A DNA stretch of 64,000 bases. Origin: Rhodospirillales bacterium BBD 1991-14. GTDB lineage: Bacteria; Pseudomonadota; Alphaproteobacteria; Kiloniellales; Kiloniellaceae. Positions 1 to 9,147 of the stretch are shown one piece after another (position 1 is the stretch's first letter; each line of letters starts with the position of its first letter). The DNA lies in NCBI GenBank assembly GCA_001657395.1, contig LYSY01000012.1, positions 18,909-82,908 on the forward strand, read 5' to 3'. The notes beneath the pieces were generated by a model that saw only the letters and a program-made list of their open reading frames with translations, was not told the DNA's origin and ran no database searches. Position numbers and translations under genes: made by a program.

Positions 1-2928
1 GAAATCCAGAAGATGGACGAGGTCCACGTGGTGACCTCCCGCAACACGCCCGGGCTCTCGGTCATCGAGGTGGAAATCAAGGACCGCTTCGACGGGGGCG
101 ACCTGCCGCAGATCTGGGACGACCTGCGCGACCGCGTCGCCGATGCGGTGCCGTCGCTGCCGCCCGGCGCCCAGGCGCCCGAGGTGAACGACGGCTTCGG
201 CGATGTCTACGGGCTCTACTATGCGGTGACGGCGCCCGGGTTCAGCGACGATGAGCTCTGGGAGATCGCCACCTTTCTGCGCCGCGAAGTCCTTACCGTG
301 ACCGGCGTCGCCGATGCGGAACTGCTCGGGCTGCCGGAGGAGGCGATCTTCGTCGAGCCCTTCAGCCGGACGCTCGCCAACCTGGGCGTCCCACCGAGCG
401 TCATTCTGGAGGCCGTGAGCCGTGCCGATGCGGTGGTTCCTTCCGGTTCGGCCGAAAACGAAAGCCGCGACTTGAGGGTCGACCCGCCACGCGGCGAAGG
501 CAGCATCGAGGAAATCGGCGCCCTCAGCTTCGGGTTCGAGGGCGAGGTTCTCAATCTCCTGGATGTTGCCGGGGTCAGGCGAGCCCGGGTCGACGACCCG
601 TCGCAGATCATCCGCCACAACGGGGTGGAGGCCTTTACCCTGGGCATTGCCGGGCTGACCTCGGCGAATATTGTCACGGTCGGCGAAGCGGTGGAACGCC
701 GGCTTGCGGAGGTTGCCCCGCTGCTGCCAGTCGGCGTGGCGATCGCGCCGATCTACGAGCAGCACAGGGTGGTCGAGAACGCCAATCTGGACGTCCTGCG
801 CGGTCTGGGTCTTTCGCTCGCCATCGTGATCGCGGTGCTGGCCCTGTTCATGGGCTGGCGGGCCGCCATGGTGGTCGGGGCGACGCTGCTGCTGACCATC
901 AGCCTCACTTTCCTGTTCATGGCGTTCTTCGACATCAAGGTCGAGCGCATCAGCCTCGGCGCCCTGATCATTGCCATGGGCATGCTGGTCGACAATGCCA
1001 TTGTCGTTGCCGAGGGCATGCAGGTCGAGATGCGCAAGGGGCGCAGCGCCCGCGATGCCGCTGCCGAGGTGGCGCGCAAGACGCAGATCCCGCTTCTGGG
1101 CGCCACCGTCATCGGGGTCATGGCCTTTGCCGGGATCGGGCTCAGCCCGGACAGCTCCGGTGAGTTCCTGTTTTCCCTCTTTGCCGTCATCGGCATCTCG
1201 CTGATGCTGTCGTGGTTTCTCGCGGTCACCGTGACCCCCCTGCTGGCCAGCTACGCCTTTCGCGTCGGCGGCCTGGCGGAGGGGGAGACGGCTTACGGCG
1301 GCGCATTCTTTCGCGGTTACGCGTCGCTTGTGCGGGGGGCGTTGCGCCTGCGCTGGCTCGTCATCGTCGGCCTCGTCGGCGGGACGGTCGCCTGCATCGG
1401 CGCCTTCGGCATGGTGACGCAGCAGTTCTTTCCGCCGGCCAACACACCGCTTTTCTACTTCAACTACAAGGCGGCGCAGGGCACGCCGATCCGCGAGACC
1501 GCTGCAGACCTCGCCGTGATCGAGGACTGGCTGCTCCGGCGCGACGATGTCAAAGCCGTGACCGCGACGGCGGGCCGCAGCCTCACCCGTTTCCTCCTGA
1601 CCTACCAGCCGGAAAACCCCGAGCCCAGCTATGGCGAACTCGTCATCCGGGCGGCGAGCTTCGATGCCATCCCGGCGCTGCGCGACGATCTCGCTGCCTT
1701 TGCGCGCGCGACGCTGCCCTGGGCGCAGACGCGGGTCGAGCAGATCATCTACGGGCCGCCGGTCACTGCCGATGTCGAGGTCCGCCTGTCCGGTCCCGAC
1801 CCGGACGTTCTGCGCCGCCTCGCCGATGAAGTGCAGCAGCTTTTCGAAGGCGGCAGCGCCGTCCTGCAGGCCGAGCAGACGGACTGGAGCCAGCGCGAGC
1901 TGGTCACGCGCCCGGTCTATGCCAGCGACCGCGGCCAGGCCCTCGGCATCGAGCGCAGAGATATCGCACAGGCGATCGCTCTGGCGACGGACGGGATCCC
2001 TGCGGGCACCTTTCGCGAGCGTGACCGCCTGATCCCCATCATCATTCGCAGTCCGCGCGAGGAGATGACCGCGGACGGGCGGCTGCTCGACCAGATCGTC
2101 TATGCGCCGGCCAGCGGCACCTACACGACCCTGAACCAGGTGATCGACGGCTTCGAAATAGTCTCCCGGGATACGGCGATCGAGCGCAGGAACCGGGAAC
2201 CCACGGTCAGCGTTCAGGCCTTCACCGTTCCCGCTGTCCTGCCGCCGGCTGCCTTCGCGGAAGTCCGTCCGCTGGTGGAGGCGATGCAGCTGCCGCCCGG
2301 CTATCGCATGGAGTGGGGCGGCGAGTACGAGAGCGCCACCGAAGCGCAGACGAGCCTCGGCATGCAGATGCCGCTGTCCTTCGGGACGATGCTGCTGATC
2401 ACCATCCTGCTGTTCGGGAAGCTGCGCCAGACGGCGGTCATCTGGACCATCGTGCCCATGGCCGTGAACGGCGTCGCCCTCGGGCTTTTGCTGAGCGGCC
2501 TGCCTTTCAGCTTCACGGCCATGCTCGGGCTTCTCAGCCTTTCCGGGATGCTGATCAAGAACGGCATCGTGCTGGTCGAGGAGATCGATGCGCAGAAGTC
2601 CGAAAACGCGCTGCCGCAGTCGGAGGCGATCGTTGCCGCCTCGGTGAGCCGCCTGCGGCCCGTGGCGCTCGCCGCCGCGACAACCATTCTCGGCATGGTT
2701 CCGCTGCTCTTCGATGTCTTCTTCGCGTCGATGGCGGTGACCATCATGTGCGGGCTTGGCTTCGCCTCCATCCTCACGCTCTTCGGCGTGCCGGTGCTGT
2801 ACCACACCTACCTCCGCAAGGAACGCCGTGCGGAAGCGGCGGGCGCCCTGCCGAAGTCGTCAAACACCGATCGCGAAGCCATGCCGCCGGCTGCGCTGAA
2901 GGAAGCCGCCGGTCTCGCCGCGGAATGA
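1..2928 (+). CDS. RND (AcrB/HAE1-type) efflux transporter permease subunit, 5' end cut by window edge
   Basis: The frame is open from nt 1 (ORF track 13..2928). Large soluble loops alternate with blocks of TM helices (e.g. LSLAIVIAVLALFMGWRAAMVVGATLLL, GMLVDNAIVVAEG), and length and layout are typical of AcrB-family pumps. The N-terminal TM1 region is missing. Confidence 0.9.
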   Translation, partial: EIQKMDEVHVVTSRNTPGLSVIEVEIKDRFDGGDLPQIWDDLRDRVADAVPSLPPGAQAPEVNDGFGDVYGLYYAVTAPGFSDDELWEIATFLRREVLTVTGVADAELLGLPEEAIFVEPFSRTLANLGVPPSVILEAVSRADAVVPSGSAENESRDLRVDPPRGEGSIEEIGALSFGFEGEVLNLLDVAGVRRARVDDPSQIIRHNGVEAFTLGIAGLTSANIVTVGEAVERRLAEVAPLLPVGVAIAPIYEQHRVVENANLDVLRGLGLSLAIVIAVLALFMGWRAAMVVGATLLLTISLTFLFMAFFDIKVERISLGALIIAMGMLVDNAIVVAEGMQVEMRKGRSARDAAAEVARKTQIPLLGATVIGVMAFAGIGLSPDSSGEFLFSLFAVIGISLMLSWFLAVTVTPLLASYAFRVGGLAEGETAYGGAFFRGYASLVRGALRLRWLVIVGLVGGTVACIGAFGMVTQQFFPPANTPLFYFNYKAAQGTPIRETAADLAVIEDWLLRRDDVKAVTATAGRSLTRFLLTYQPENPEPSYGELVIRAASFDAIPALRDDLAAFARATLPWAQTRVEQIIYGPPVTADVEVRLSGPDPDVLRRLADEVQQLFEGGSAVLQAEQTDWSQRELVTRPVYASDRGQALGIERRDIAQAIALATDGIPAGTFRERDRLIPIIIRSPREEMTADGRLLDQIVYAPASGTYTTLNQVIDGFEIVSRDTAIERRNREPTVSVQAFTVPAVLPPAAFAEVRPLVEAMQLPPGYRMEWGGEYESATEAQTSLGMQMPLSFGTMLLITILLFGKLRQTAVIWTIVPMAVNGVALGLLLSGLPFSFTAMLGLLSLSGMLIKNGIVLVEEIDAQKSENALPQSEAIVAASVSRLRPVALAAATTILGMVPLLFDVFFASMAVTIMCGLGFASILTLFGVPVLYHTYLRKERRAEAAGALPKSSNTDREAMPPAALKEAAGLAAE

Positions 2929-3005
2929 TGGCCCAGGGGGCTGGTTGGGTGCGGCCATGATCAAGACCGGGCGGCAGCTTCAGCGGTCACCCGAGCAAAG
3001 GACTC

Positions 3006-4208
3006 TCATTCCGCCGATGCTGAGGTGGGAGCCGCTTCCGCGGTGACGGGAGCGGGTTGGCGCGCGAAGACCGTGACGAAGCCCAGGGTTGCGGCGCCGA
3101 GCGAGAAGGCGGCGGCGAGGCCGAACATGTGCGGCCACGAGAACCCCGCCGCGATGCCGGCGAGCACTGCGCCGAGCGCACCGATGCCGTCCAGCAGGAC
3201 GAAGGCAAGGCCCAGCGTCGTTCCTTCGCTGCGGCCGCTGTGATCGACCGCGCCCGCGAGAATGGCGGCGCGGATCGCATCCAGGGCGGCGACCGCGACG
3301 ACCATCGCGGCGATCATGATCCAGAGCGCGGGCTGGAAAACCAGCACTGTGATCGCCAGTGCCGCTGTAAGATTGCCGAACACGACGACCGGACGGCGTC
3401 CGGCGATGTCGGAGACCTTGCCGACCCAGGGCTGCGCCAGCGCGCCGATGATCAGCATGGTCGAAAACGCAATGCCGGCTGCCTCCGGCCCGAAGCCGTG
3501 CTGGTCCGCAAGATAGAGCGGGATCATGCTGAGAAGCGCAATCAGGGCCATGTTGTAGAGGCAGATCATCGCCACCATGCGGAGTCCGTTGCCCCGCCGC
3601 CACATGTTCAGAAGGTCGAGCAGGTCCTGCCTGGTGACCGACGTCTTCTCGACACGCGGAACTCCGCGCGCCACGAAGAAGAAGCAGAAGCCCATGAGCG
3701 CGGCGGGCAGTACCGAGATCGCCAGCGCCTCGCGCCAGTCGACGTAAGCGAGAAGAAAGCCGACGGCGAGCGGCGACAGGACCTCGGCAAGCGAGCCGCC
3801 GATGGCGTGAATGCCGAGCACATGAGCGCGCCGTTCCTTGCTGTTGCGCGCAAGCACGCCGGTGGCGATCGGGTGCCAGGCAGCATCGCCCATGCCCGCG
3901 ACGGCAAGCAGCAGTGCGAGGCTCCAGAATCCCGGCGCCATGGCGGCCAGCAGGTACCCGACGGCGACCCACCAGAACGTGGCGACCAGGAGCCGGCCCC
4001 GGTTCGCGACGTGATCGGCGAGGATGCCGGCTGGCAGATAGGCGAGGGCGCCGCCGACGTTGCAGATCGTGAACAGCAGGCCGACCTCGGCCGGCGAAAG
4101 GTCCATGGCGATGCCGACCGCCGGCACGATCAGCCACAGCGAACAGATCGGCCAGTCGTTGGCGAAATGGCCCAGCGCGAACCACGTCAGGAGGGTGCGG
4201 TTTTTCAT
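3006..4208 (-). CDS. MFS transporter
   Basis: ORF 3006..4265. The profile is hydrophobic throughout (about 12 TM). I moved the start to ATG 4208 (MKNRTLLTWFALGHF...) because the upstream 19 codons look non-membrane. High GC3 codon usage. Confidence 0.85.
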   Translation of the reverse strand: MKNRTLLTWFALGHFANDWPICSLWLIVPAVGIAMDLSPAEVGLLFTICNVGGALAYLPAGILADHVANRGRLLVATFWWVAVGYLLAAMAPGFWSLALLLAVAGMGDAAWHPIATGVLARNSKERRAHVLGIHAIGGSLAEVLSPLAVGFLLAYVDWREALAISVLPAALMGFCFFFVARGVPRVEKTSVTRQDLLDLLNMWRRGNGLRMVAMICLYNMALIALLSMIPLYLADQHGFGPEAAGIAFSTMLIIGALAQPWVGKVSDIAGRRPVVVFGNLTAALAITVLVFQPALWIMIAAMVVAVAALDAIRAAILAGAVDHSGRSEGTTLGLAFVLLDGIGALGAVLAGIAAGFSWPHMFGLAAAFSLGAATLGFVTVFARQPAPVTAEAAPTSASAE

Positions 4209-4333
4209 GGCGCTATCATGCTCTGATCGGAAAGTGCGGACCTCGGGCCCGAAAGGCTTGAGCACCCTAGGTCAGAGCGGTATGTCTTTCAGTCGACATC
4301 AAGACGAATAGCATCTAGAAATCGTCAAACATC

Positions 4334-5110
4334 ATGACCAACCCAAACCACCATCCCCTGAGCGACTTGGGCGAAGTTGTTCGGCCGCGCTACCTGGGGG
4401 AACTCGTCAGACCGACGTCCGGCGAAAGCTACGACTGGCATACCCACGACTTCGGGCAACTCATCTCCGCTGCATCGGGGTCCATGTACGTCGGTACGCC
4501 GGGCCGCGTCCTCTTGCTCAGTCCGGCGATGGTGTTGTGGATTCCGCCGGACGTTGAGCATTGGATGCGGTACGGATCGAACAACGAGATGCGTTACGTC
4601 GACGTACGCAAGGGCGAAGCTGAACTGGTCGGGGAGGACTGCCGGATCATGGCAATGACGCCGTTGCTGAACGCCCTGATGGCCGGCACCATGCCCGACC
4701 GTGCCGCGAGCCGCGCGAACGACCACAACGATGCGCTTCACGATCTCCTGCGTCATGAACTGGTCGCCGCCCCGGATGTACCGCTCTCGATCGCCATGCC
4801 GCAGGACCATCGCATCAGCCGCTTTGCCGAAGCGGCGCTCGATGATCCGGGTGCGATCGGATCGGTCGACTCCTGGCTTGCCGAAGCCCCTGCCAGCCGC
4901 AAGACCATCGAACGGTTGTTCGTCACAGAAACGGGAATGCCGCCGTCGCGGTGGCTGCGGCACGCGCGCATTCTTCATGCCATTTCAAGGCTCGCCGCCG
5001 GCGAGAAGGTCAGCTCGGTCGCCTTCGACATGGGCTATGCGTCTTCAAGCGCGTTCAGCTACATGTTTCGCCGTACCCTCGGACGGAGCCCCAGCGATTT
5101 CGGCGTCTGA
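4334..5110 (+). CDS. AraC family transcriptional regulator (cupin-type sensor plus AraC HTH)
   Basis: N-terminal cupin-like segment (WHTHDFGQLI, WIPPDVEHW) and C-terminal AraC HTH (PSRWLRHARILHAISRL, GYASSSAFSYMFRRTLGRSPSDF). Divergent from the MFS gene. Confidence 0.85.
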   Translation: MTNPNHHPLSDLGEVVRPRYLGELVRPTSGESYDWHTHDFGQLISAASGSMYVGTPGRVLLLSPAMVLWIPPDVEHWMRYGSNNEMRYVDVRKGEAELVGEDCRIMAMTPLLNALMAGTMPDRAASRANDHNDALHDLLRHELVAAPDVPLSIAMPQDHRISRFAEAALDDPGAIGSVDSWLAEAPASRKTIERLFVTETGMPPSRWLRHARILHAISRLAAGEKVSSVAFDMGYASSSAFSYMFRRTLGRSPSDFGV

Positions 5111-5457
5111 GCCCCGGCAGTGAAGTCTGAGTGGGGCGAGACCGGCGTTCTTGCCGGTGTGATCGAGGCAGGTGCCTGGGTCCTGGCGACGCTTCGCCAA
5201 GCTTTGCGGGGCGGCGGCTGCAGCTTCGGAGAGCTCCGAGGGTTTTCTGGCGGGCGCCGCAGGCGAGGGCAGCGCCAAACCGGTCCAGTGGCGAATCCCC
5301 ATTTTCCCTTTGCATCGGTCCGCCAGGATCATGACCGCTGGTTATGGAATCTGGACCAAGCGGCATTGGAGACGCTCGCGATCCTCGGATAGCTATGGAG
5401 CACCCGGTCACTTCGACCGTGTTTCCAGAGACGGCGAGCATAAGGGGTAGGGCAAAG

Positions 5458-6084
5458 ATGGGACAGAGCAACGCAGTGCCCGGCGGCGGCACGCGCGCCT
5501 ACGATCACGGATTGGTTTCGCGTTTGAAGCGCGGTGACGAGGCGGCCTATGCAGAGGCGGTTCACCTGCACAGCGGCCGCCTGTTGGCGGTTGCGCGCCG
5601 CATTCTCGGCAACGAGGAAGACGCGCGCGACTGCGTGCAGGAGACCTTTGTCCAGCTCTTCCGTTCGATTGAGCGCTTCGAGGGACGGTCATCGCTGGGT
5701 TGCTGGCTGCATCAGATCGTCACGAACGCTGCGCTTATGCGTCTGCGCAGACTGCGGCGAGAACGCTTGGCGGGCATGCGATCATGCCCCGAAGACTACG
5801 AAGTCGCTTCGGAGGACGCTCTCTGGCAGACGTCGGCCTCTCCCGAGGCCGAAGCCGAAGGCCGCGAAGTCAGCGCCCAGGTGCGCGGCGCGATCAAGGC
5901 TCTGCCCGAACCCTACCGCCGCATTATCGAGATGCGGGACATTTTCGAACTCGATACGGCGGAGACCGCAGAGCGGATGGGGATATCGGTGAGCAATGCG
6001 AAGGTCCGGCTGCACCGCGCCAGATCGGCATTGCGAGCCGCCCTGGAGCCGATCATGGGAGAGGAAGCGACCAGTCTGTTTTAA
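5458..6084 (+). CDS. ECF-type RNA polymerase sigma-70 factor
   Basis: Region 2 (ARRILGNEEDARDCVQETFVQLFRSIERF) and region 4 HTH (LPEPYRRIIEMRDIFELDTAETAERMGISVSNAKVRLHRAR). Start set at ATG 5458 (MGQSNAV) inside ORF 5344..6084; the start is uncertain. Confidence 0.85.
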   Translation: MGQSNAVPGGGTRAYDHGLVSRLKRGDEAAYAEAVHLHSGRLLAVARRILGNEEDARDCVQETFVQLFRSIERFEGRSSLGCWLHQIVTNAALMRLRRLRRERLAGMRSCPEDYEVASEDALWQTSASPEAEAEGREVSAQVRGAIKALPEPYRRIIEMRDIFELDTAETAERMGISVSNAKVRLHRARSALRAALEPIMGEEATSLF

Positions 6085-6178
6085 AGGGCGTCTTGGGATG
6101 GAGCAAAGGGGGAATGGAGAAAAGGGGATGGCGAGGCGATGACCGCGACGGTACACTGCGGCCATCGATCGGGCCGAG

Positions 6179-7078
6179 ATGGAAGCCAAGATGGAGATGC
6201 ATCAGGTCCGCTACTTTTCAGCGGTTTGCAAAACTCAGAACTTCACCCGGGCGGCCGAGGAGTGCAACGTCTCCCAGCCTGCCTTGACGCGCGCGATCAA
6301 GAAGCTCGAGCAGGAACTGGGTGGCGAGCTCTTCCACCGTGACAGCCGCATGGTCCGGCTGACACGCCTCGGCCAGACGATGCAGCCGCTGATCGAGCAG
6401 ACTCTGGCGGCAGCGCAGGCGGCGAAAGCGCAGGCCGAGCACTTCCGCCGCTCCGAGACCTCGTTGCTGAACCTGGGTGTTTCCATGACCATGTCGCCGC
6501 GCCTGCTGGTCGAGCCGATCTCCGAGATCAATCGGCGTTTCAGCGGGCTGGAATTGGTTCTGGATCAGGAACCTGCCGGACACCTGCTGCACCAGCTCGA
6601 GGACGGGGACCTGGAACTGGCTATCTTTGCCACAGGAGAAAGACTGCCGGACCGTATGCACCGCTGGCCGCTCTATAAGGAGCGCCATCACGTGGTCTTC
6701 CCTGCGGATCACCCGCTGGCCGAACGGGACAGCATTCCGATCGCCGCTTTGGACGGCGAGACCTGGATTGATCGCCCCTATTGCTCGGTTCCTGCGATGT
6801 TCGCCGAACTCTGCGAAAGCAGCGAAGTGCGCCTCGCCGTCAAGCACCGGGCCTCCGGCGACGACCAGGTTCAGCACATGGTGCTCGCCGGCTTGGGCTG
6901 TTCGCTGATGCCCACCGGCCGTGCAATCCTGCCGGGCATTGTCGCCCGGCCGGTTGACGAGTTCCCCGCAGAGCGCACGGTGGTGGTTGCAGCCATGGCC
7001 GGCCGGCCTTTCGCCCCGGCATCGGATGCTTTCGTGCGCCTTGTGCGTGCCCGCGACTGGCAATCTGCCCAGGCTTGA
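6179..7078 (+). CDS. LysR family transcriptional regulator
   Basis: Canonical LysR N-terminal HTH (VRYFSAVCKTQNFTRAAEECNVSQPALTRAIKKLEQELGGELFHR) plus a substrate-binding domain of the expected length. ATG 6191 is an alternative start. Confidence 0.9.
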   Translation: MEAKMEMHQVRYFSAVCKTQNFTRAAEECNVSQPALTRAIKKLEQELGGELFHRDSRMVRLTRLGQTMQPLIEQTLAAAQAAKAQAEHFRRSETSLLNLGVSMTMSPRLLVEPISEINRRFSGLELVLDQEPAGHLLHQLEDGDLELAIFATGERLPDRMHRWPLYKERHHVVFPADHPLAERDSIPIAALDGETWIDRPYCSVPAMFAELCESSEVRLAVKHRASGDDQVQHMVLAGLGCSLMPTGRAILPGIVARPVDEFPAERTVVVAAMAGRPFAPASDAFVRLVRARDWQSAQA

Positions 7079-7098
7079 GGCGGTCACGACGCCTGAGG

Positions 7099-7722
7099 CT
7101 AGAGGCGTTTCAAGGCTTGAACCACCTCCTCCGGCGCCATGCGCACCCGGTAGTCCAGTTCGACGAAGGCCTTCCGCACGATGCCGCCGCAATCGATGAC
7201 ATAGGTCGCCGGGACCGGCAGGAACCAGCCATCGTTGCCCTGGAAAAGCGGCAGATCCCGGCCCAAGGCGGTGAACATGCTGCGCATACGGTCGTCGAGG
7301 CGGAACAACAGCCCGAAAGCCAGGGCGATGCCACTATCGACATCGGACAAAACTTCGAAGGACAGCGCGTGTCGCTCCTTCAAGGCCTTTGCCGCGCCGC
7401 CGGTTTCCGGTGTAATCACTGCGATCTCCGCACCGGCTGCTTCGATCTCCTTCTGCACCGTCTTCAACCCGTCCACTTCGCTGGCGCAGATCGTACACCA
7501 GTTGCCCCGGATGAAGCTGAGGACCAGTGGCCCCTTTTGCAACATCTCCTCGGAGGCAACCAGCCTGCCTTCTGCATTGGGCAGCAGGAACGCTGGCAGG
7601 GTATCGCCTTCCTTGAGGCTGTCTGCAGCGACGCCGGAGCTTGCAAGGTGTTCCAGAAAACGCTCGACTGCTGCTTCCGCGTCGGTGTTTTCCGAGCCTT
7701 TTGCTGTGGGCTCCTGAGTCAC
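7099..7722 (-). CDS. AhpC/TSA-family thioredoxin-fold protein (peroxiredoxin-like)
   Basis: LPAFLLPNAEGRLV...GPLVLSFIRGNWCTICASEV is a peroxiredoxin-like/thioredoxin-fold motif with a CxxC. GTG start with GGGAGC about 6 nt upstream. Confidence 0.8.
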   Translation of the reverse strand: MTQEPTAKGSENTDAEAAVERFLEHLASSGVAADSLKEGDTLPAFLLPNAEGRLVASEEMLQKGPLVLSFIRGNWCTICASEVDGLKTVQKEIEAAGAEIAVITPETGGAAKALKERHALSFEVLSDVDSGIALAFGLLFRLDDRMRSMFTALGRDLPLFQGNDGWFLPVPATYVIDCGGIVRKAFVELDYRVRMAPEEVVQALKRL

Positions 7723-7815
7723 GGAGCGGCTCCCTGCATGACTCTGTAATCGGTTTTGTCCATGTCCTCCCCGAAACCGGCATCAGCCTAGCGCAGTGCA
7801 GTTTCACCGCCAAAC

Positions 7816-8054
7816 AGGTCAATGCCCCCTAAGATGCTGGGGTCATTCCCGGGGTTACTGCGGCTCTTCCCATGCGTCCACGGCTTCCCTGAGGTAGATT
7901 CATTCCCCCTGAGATGTCGGGTAAATCCCTGGGTTACTATGCAATTCTCCCCGCGCGCCAGGCTTCTTCGGGGCAGGTCGATTTCCCCTTCGATGTTGCG
8001 ATAACTCCTGGGTGACTGCGCGTCCCTCCACGCGACGGCGCCTTTGCCGGAGGT
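7816..8054. repeat. Three tandem, diverged ~80-bp direct repeat units in the divergent intergenic region
   Basis: Units are 7816-7895, 7896-7974 and 7975-8054. Each begins AG(G/A)T(C/T)NAT, contains the core CCCCTNNGATG-N(6-8)-A(T/C)(T/C)CC-N-GGGT(T/G)ACT, and ends GCYTT-N(3-5)-G(A/G)GG. Aligned by eye. Confidence 0.8.
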
Positions 8055-8127
8055 GTCCTCGCGCCGGGTTTCGTGGTAAGCCCGGAACCGATGGAGGGTC
8101 GCACCGCGACCGCTGGATCATGGAGCG

Positions 8128-9033
8128 ATGCGCAGTTCGGAGCTTGCACGGCAGATCCTGGACACCCTGCGGCGGGAGCGCGCGGAGCCGGGATTCCATA
8201 TCCGCGAACAGTGGATTGCCGATGCGCTGGGCGTATCCCGCTCTCCCGTCCGCACGGCGCTGAAGCAGCTCGAGAAACATAAAATCGTCAGCCTGAAGCG
8301 GAGCCGCGGCTATTTCCTGACGGCGGCCCCGGGCTCCGACCTCTTCGAGCAGGTCGACCTGCCGATGCCGGAGGTGGAGCGGATCTACCGGCAGATCGCC
8401 AGCGAGCGCTTCGCCAACCTGCTGGGCAATCAGGTTTCCATCGCCGATCTGGTGCGGCGCTATGGCGTCGGCCGCAGCGTCATTCACAAGGTCCTGGCCC
8501 GTATGCAGGAAGACGGCCTGGTCGAGAAGACGCCCGGCCACGGCTGGGTCTTCGGCCCCGCTTTGAACGACGAAGCCTCCTATCAGGAAAGCTACCGCTT
8601 CCGGCTGCTGATGGAGCCGGCGGCCTTGCGCGAGGAGCGCTTCGATCTGCCGCCGGACGCGATCGCGCAGCTGCGCCAGCGGCACCTCGCCGCTCTGTCA
8701 TCGGGCATCGAGGGGGAACCCCTGAACAGCCTGCTGGACATCGACGCGGCCTTTCACAATGCCCTGGCCGAGGCCTGCGGGAACCGCTTTCTTGCCCAGT
8801 CGATCCGCCAGCAGACCCGGTTGCGCCGCCTTTCCGAGTACGAGAAGTACACCACCCCCGAGCGCCTGGAAGCCTCCTTTGCGGAGCATCTGGCCATTCT
8901 CGACGCGGTCGAGCGGGGCGCCCTGGCCGAGGCGGCCGAGCGCATGTCGCTGCACATCCGCATGTCCGACGAGAACCGGCCCGACTTCCGCAAGGTCCGG
9001 GTCTTGGCGCACCGCCGCCTGACACGCCGCTAG
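8128..9033 (+). CDS. GntR-family regulator with FCD (FadR C-terminal type) effector domain and an apparent duplicated N-terminal winged HTH
   Basis: First wHTH-like segment: IREQWIADALGVSRSPVRTALKQLEKHKIVSLKRSRGYFL. Second: IADLVRRYGVGRSVIHKVLARMQEDGLVEKTPGHGWVF. These are followed by a helical FCD-like domain (IDAAFHNALAEACGNRFL...FAEHLAILDAVERG). Confidence 0.85.
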   Translation: MRSSELARQILDTLRRERAEPGFHIREQWIADALGVSRSPVRTALKQLEKHKIVSLKRSRGYFLTAAPGSDLFEQVDLPMPEVERIYRQIASERFANLLGNQVSIADLVRRYGVGRSVIHKVLARMQEDGLVEKTPGHGWVFGPALNDEASYQESYRFRLLMEPAALREERFDLPPDAIAQLRQRHLAALSSGIEGEPLNSLLDIDAAFHNALAEACGNRFLAQSIRQQTRLRRLSEYEKYTTPERLEASFAEHLAILDAVERGALAEAAERMSLHIRMSDENRPDFRKVRVLAHRRLTRR

Positions 9034-9147
9034 ACCCCTTTTCCGGTCTCTGACTCCTCCGAAACGCTTGGCGTCCGGGCCGCAGTGCCCGGCGGACGGC
9101 ACGCTGAGCCGCGGAACCCCGGTCGTCTGGCAGGGTCGCGAATCCAG

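Noticed and set aside
2980-4226. Alternative-frame ORFs (2980..4185 minus, 3057..4226 plus) overlapping the MFS gene
   Set aside because: Only frame 3006..4208 (minus) gives a 12-TM hydrophobic protein. The alternatives are Arg-rich and lack TM segments.
7846-7863. Possible relatedness of the 80-bp units (CCCGGGGTTACTGCGG, CCCTGGGTTACTATGC) to the 14-bp repeat at 28037-28134 (CCCTGTAACTGCGG)
   Set aside because: The shared string is only about 9-10 nt (CCCTG..T(T/A)ACTGCG), with a mismatch and an indel, which is too short to distinguish from chance in GC-rich DNA. It could be revisited with a genome-wide motif count.
7822-8004. 60-aa ORF running through the 80-bp repeat units
   Set aside because: It has no RBS, and its composition simply reflects the repeat. 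The three units are not in a consistent reading frame (periods of 80, 79 and 80 bp), so a coding function is unlikely.
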